From an uncultured Pelagibacteraceae bacterium (GTDB lineage Bacteria > Pseudomonadota > Alphaproteobacteria > Pelagibacterales > Pelagibacteraceae): a DNA stretch of 64,000 nucleotides. The DNA lies in the NCBI GenBank assembly GCA_902583635.1, contig CACHWJ010000005.1, forward strand, positions 10,294 to 74,293, in the 5' to 3' direction. This document shows positions 60,592-64,000 of this stretch, one piece after another. Positions within the stretch are counted from its first letter, which is position 1; each line of letters starts with the position of its first letter. The position numbers and the translations under genes were made by a program. The notes under the pieces are model-generated. The model worked only from the letters and a program-made list of their open reading frames with translations, ran no database searches and had not been told where the DNA came from.

Positions 60592-61509
60592 ATGAGTAGA
60601 AAAATTATCATTGGATCTAGAGGAAGCAAGTTGGCTATGCTTTATGCTGAAAAAGCTAAAGATAAAATTATCAAAACTACTGATTTTAGTAACGAAGATG
60701 TAGTTATAAAAAAAATTACGACTAAAGGGGATGAGTTTCAGGATGTAAGATTGTCAGAAGTTGGAGGCAAAGGATTATTTTCAAGTAATATTGAAAAAGA
60801 GCTTCAAGATAAAAATATTGATGTTGCAGTTCACGCTCTCAAAGATATGCCAGCCATTGAAACAAAAGGTCTTAAAACAGACTCATTTTTAGAAAGAAAT
60901 GATCCAAGGGAAATTCTTATTACAATGAATAAAAAAAAATTAATTGAATTAAAAAAAAATTCTATAATTGGAACTTCATCTTTTAGAAGAGAATATCAAA
61001 TTAAAAAAATTAGATCAGATCTTGAATGTAAACTTATTAGGGGAAATGTTGATACACGAATTAAAAAATTAAAAGATGGAATATATGATGCAATAATTTT
61101 GTCTTATGCAGGAATTAAATTTTTAAATTTTGATGACGAAATCTCAGAAATTTTTTCCCCAGAACAAGTGATTCCAAGTGCTGGACAAGGTATAATCGCT
61201 CTTCAATGCAGAGAAGGTGATGAGGAAATAATTTCAGTTTTAAAAAAAATAAATCACAATGAAACATTTATGAGAGCACATGTTGAGAGAAATATTTTGA
61301 AAGTTTTGGAAGGAGATTGTGAAACTGCAGTTGGAGCACACTCCATAATAAAAGATGACAAAATTATTGTTCAAGCAGAATTATTCTCTTTAGATGGCAC
61401 CAAAAGGTTTTATGAAAAAAAAACTGGCAAAGCAGAAGATTTCAGTCAAATTGGTAGAGAACTAGGTCAAATTTTAAAAACAAAATCTAACAATTCTTAT
61501 AAAAGATAA
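60592..61509 (+). CDS. hemC: Hydroxymethylbilane synthase
   Basis: GSRGSKLA, GGKGLF, VHALKD, RGNVDTR, LEGDC. Confidence 0.97.
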   Translation: MSRKIIIGSRGSKLAMLYAEKAKDKIIKTTDFSNEDVVIKKITTKGDEFQDVRLSEVGGKGLFSSNIEKELQDKNIDVAVHALKDMPAIETKGLKTDSFLERNDPREILITMNKKKLIELKKNSIIGTSSFRREYQIKKIRSDLECKLIRGNVDTRIKKLKDGIYDAIILSYAGIKFLNFDDEISEIFSPEQVIPSAGQGIIALQCREGDEEIISVLKKINHNETFMRAHVERNILKVLEGDCETAVGAHSIIKDDKIIVQAELFSLDGTKRFYEKKTGKAEDFSQIGRELGQILKTKSNNSYKR

Positions 61510-61510
61510 T

Positions 61511-62209
61511 ATGCATATTTTATTAACAAGACCATTAGAAGATTGTTCTGAAATGATTGTTAAATTTAAATCTTTAGGTCATCAAGTTTCACATCTTCCT
61601 TTGTTAAGTGTTGAGGAGATAATGCATGATAAAATTGATTTTGAAGATTTTAATGGAATTATTTTCACTAGTGCTAATGCTGTAAAATTTTTAAACCATG
61701 ATGAAATTAATAAGACAATTAAATGTTTTTGTGTTGGAGTGGCAACTGAAAAAAAAGCAAGAAGTTTTGGTTTCCAAAATACAATTGCAGCAGAAGGAAA
61801 TGTTTCAAACTTAAAAGAATTAATTTTGCAAAACTATGAAGCATCAAGTGGTAAGTTACTTTATGTAAGCGGAGAAACTATATCAGTTGATCTTGACCAA
61901 CAGTTAATAAATGAAGGTTATAGTATTAAGAGGATTGTGAATTATAGAGTTAATCACAATATGAATTTTAATGAAGATTTTGTTAGAGAATTAAAACAAA
62001 ATATGCCTGACATGGTCTATGTTTACTCGCAAAATAGTGGATCAAGTTTTTTACACTTTATCAAAATTCATCAATTAGAAAGTCAATGGATGGATACGAA
62101 TTTAATGTGTATAGGTGAAAAAACCTCATCAATATTGAACGAAATTAAATGGAAAAAGATATTTCTTTTTAATCCTGGTGAAGAGGAGTTTTTGTTATAT
62201 AAAATTTAG
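61511..62209 (+). CDS. hemD: Uroporphyrinogen-III synthase
   Basis: ILLTRP, IFTSANAV, CVG..T; follows hemC. Confidence 0.93.
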   Translation: MHILLTRPLEDCSEMIVKFKSLGHQVSHLPLLSVEEIMHDKIDFEDFNGIIFTSANAVKFLNHDEINKTIKCFCVGVATEKKARSFGFQNTIAAEGNVSNLKELILQNYEASSGKLLYVSGETISVDLDQQLINEGYSIKRIVNYRVNHNMNFNEDFVRELKQNMPDMVYVYSQNSGSSFLHFIKIHQLESQWMDTNLMCIGEKTSSILNEIKWKKIFLFNPGEEEFLLYKI

Positions 62210-62211
62210 AC

Positions 62212-63297
62212 ATGGATATAATAAATAATTTTTCCGATATATTTTTATCAGTTTGGAATAAGGGAATTCTTGGAGTTGATATTTTTCAAATTTTAATTGG
62301 TATTGGTATATTTTTAGTTTTTCTAGTTTTTAGAGGTCTGATCAGCAAATTAGTTATTAAAAAATTGGAAATTATATCAAAGAGAACTACAAATAAGCTA
62401 GACGATACTTTCGTTCGATCTTTAGAAGGACCTGCAAGATTTTTGCCAATTGTTTTAGGTTTTTTTATTGCAAGTTATTACATGACTTTTTCTGCTGAAG
62501 GTAGAGATGTGGTAGATACTATTAACAGAACTTTAATTACAATTTTAATATTTTGGGTTATCCATCAAATAATTGAACCAGTATCTTATATATTAAGTGG
62601 ATTAGATAAACTTCTAACAAGAGAACTTATTGGATGGATAATAAAGTCATTAAAAGTTTTAATTTTTATACTTGGATTAGCCGCTGTTCTTGAGTTATGG
62701 GGAATTAAAATTGGTCCAATTATTGCAGGACTTGGTTTGTTTGGTGTTGCGGTAGCTCTAGGTGCACAAGACTTATTTAAAAATCTAATTTCAGGAATTT
62801 TAGTATTGGTTGAAAAAAGATTTAAAATTGGAGATTGGATCGCAGTTGAAGGAATTATAGAAGGGATAGTTGAAAAAATCGGTTTTAGGTCAACTACAAT
62901 TAGAAAGTTTGATAAGTCTCTAGCAATCATTCCAAATTTTCAGTTTGCTGAAAATGCGGTAATAAATGTTAGTGAAACTTCAAATTGGAGAGTGAGGTGG
63001 ATTATAACTCTTCAATATGACTCTACGATTGATCAATTAAAAAAAGTAAGAGACGAAATTGAGGAATATATTAATAAAAGTGAAGACTTTAACCAAGCAA
63101 CAGGAGTTGCTGTAAGAATAGAAAAATTTTCAGACAGTTCTATTGATTTACTGGTGAGATGTTTCACAAATTCAAATAGTTGGAGCAATTCTCTAGAAGT
63201 CAAAGAAAGATTAGCAATTGAAATTAAACAGATAGTTGAGAAAAATGGTGCTTCTTTTGCTTTCCCAAGTCAGTCGATTTATGTTGAAAAAAAATGA
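62212..63297 (+). CDS. Small-conductance mechanosensitive channel (MscS family)
   Basis: AGLGLFGVAVALGAQD, FKIGDWI, GFRSTTIR, IPN, FAFPS. Confidence 0.93.
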   Translation: MDIINNFSDIFLSVWNKGILGVDIFQILIGIGIFLVFLVFRGLISKLVIKKLEIISKRTTNKLDDTFVRSLEGPARFLPIVLGFFIASYYMTFSAEGRDVVDTINRTLITILIFWVIHQIIEPVSYILSGLDKLLTRELIGWIIKSLKVLIFILGLAAVLELWGIKIGPIIAGLGLFGVAVALGAQDLFKNLISGILVLVEKRFKIGDWIAVEGIIEGIVEKIGFRSTTIRKFDKSLAIIPNFQFAENAVINVSETSNWRVRWIITLQYDSTIDQLKKVRDEIEEYINKSEDFNQATGVAVRIEKFSDSSIDLLVRCFTNSNSWSNSLEVKERLAIEIKQIVEKNGASFAFPSQSIYVEKK

Positions 63298-63584
63298 TAG
63301 CAATTTTTTATTTAGTTTTACAAATTTTAAAACTTTACTCGTATGTTGTAATTGCCAATGTAATTGTTAGTTGGTTAATTGCTTTTAACGTTTTAAATAC
63401 CCAAAACAGATTTGTTTATTCTCTATTAGAATTAACCTATAGACTTACAGATCCAATATTAACTAAAATCAGACGTTTTATACCTAATTTAGGTTCTTTA
63501 GACATTTCCCCTGTAATTCTTCTACTGTTGATTTGGTTTATTGAAATGTGTATGAAGCTCTACATCGCGCCAATGATTTTTTAG
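63294..63584 (+). CDS. YggT family membrane protein
   Basis: SWLIAFNVLN, LTDP, IRRFIP..G.LDISP. Confidence 0.93.
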   Translation: MIAIFYLVLQILKLYSYVVIANVIVSWLIAFNVLNTQNRFVYSLLELTYRLTDPILTKIRRFIPNLGSLDISPVILLLLIWFIEMCMKLYIAPMIF

Positions 63585-63594
63585 AAAGATAAAA

Positions 63595-64000
63595 ATGATT
63601 TTAATAGATGGAAAGAAAGCTGCTGCAGAATTAAGAGAAGAGCTTAAGCACGAAGTAACAAGTTTAAAAGCAAAATATAATAAAGTACCTGGTTTAACAG
63701 TCATCCTTATTGGAGATCTAACTCCAAGCCAAATTTATGTGCGTAATAAAGAAAAATCAGCTAATGAAGTTGGTTTAAAATCTGAAGTTATAAAGTATTC
63801 AGACTCAGTTGAGGAAAAAACAGTGTTAGAAAAAATTGAAGAATTAAACAAAGATGAAACAGTTTCAGGAATTCTAGTTCAGTTACCACTTCCAAAACAC
63901 ATTGATAAACAAAAAGTTATTGAAACTATCTTACCCTCAAAAGATGTTGATGGTTTTCATCCAATGAATGTTGGAAATCTTTCTTCTGGATATGAGAGTT
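63595..64000 (+). CDS. folD: Methylene-THF dehydrogenase/cyclohydrolase (3' end outside window; not in ORF track)
   Basis: MILIDGKK, PGLTVILIG, YVRNK, GILVQLPLP, KDVDGFHP.N.G. Confidence 0.96.
   Translation, partial: MILIDGKKAAAELREELKHEVTSLKAKYNKVPGLTVILIGDLTPSQIYVRNKEKSANEVGLKSEVIKYSDSVEEKTVLEKIEELNKDETVSGILVQLPLPKHIDKQKVIETILPSKDVDGFHPMNVGNLSSGYES

Overview
AT-rich, gene-dense alphaproteobacterial chromosome segment. Gene content, synteny and minimal intergenic spacing point to SAR11/Pelagibacterales (inference). The window spans the probable replication origin (hemE / DUF299 intergenic region, about 28.6-28.8 kb), and a perfect parS lies inside rsmG next to parAB. Most genes are core: maeB, grpE-dnaK-dnaJ, dapB, nth, leuS, holA, mnmEG, rho, hem, aroE-coaE-dnaQ, hslUV, his, ftsK, purH, rpe, actP-acs, tsaD and folD. 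The most notable accessory feature is a 1.65-kb integrase-less element at tRNA-Gly(GCC). It duplicates the 5' half of the tRNA and supplies a second, diverged promoter that drives the intact copy. It has 23-bp GACACA-repeat sites inside both ends and carries one foreign, Pho-box-preceded, secreted phosphatase-like beta-propeller gene. Other notable items are a tandem sulfotransferase array with an internally deleted third copy, three small genes missed by the ORF track (an ArfA-like ribosome rescue peptide, a 2-TM microprotein and a 44-aa lipoprotein in the his operon), a CenR-like regulator with a degenerate receiver, and a poly-Lys tail on Acs. All protein calls come from motif and synteny recognition, not database searches.
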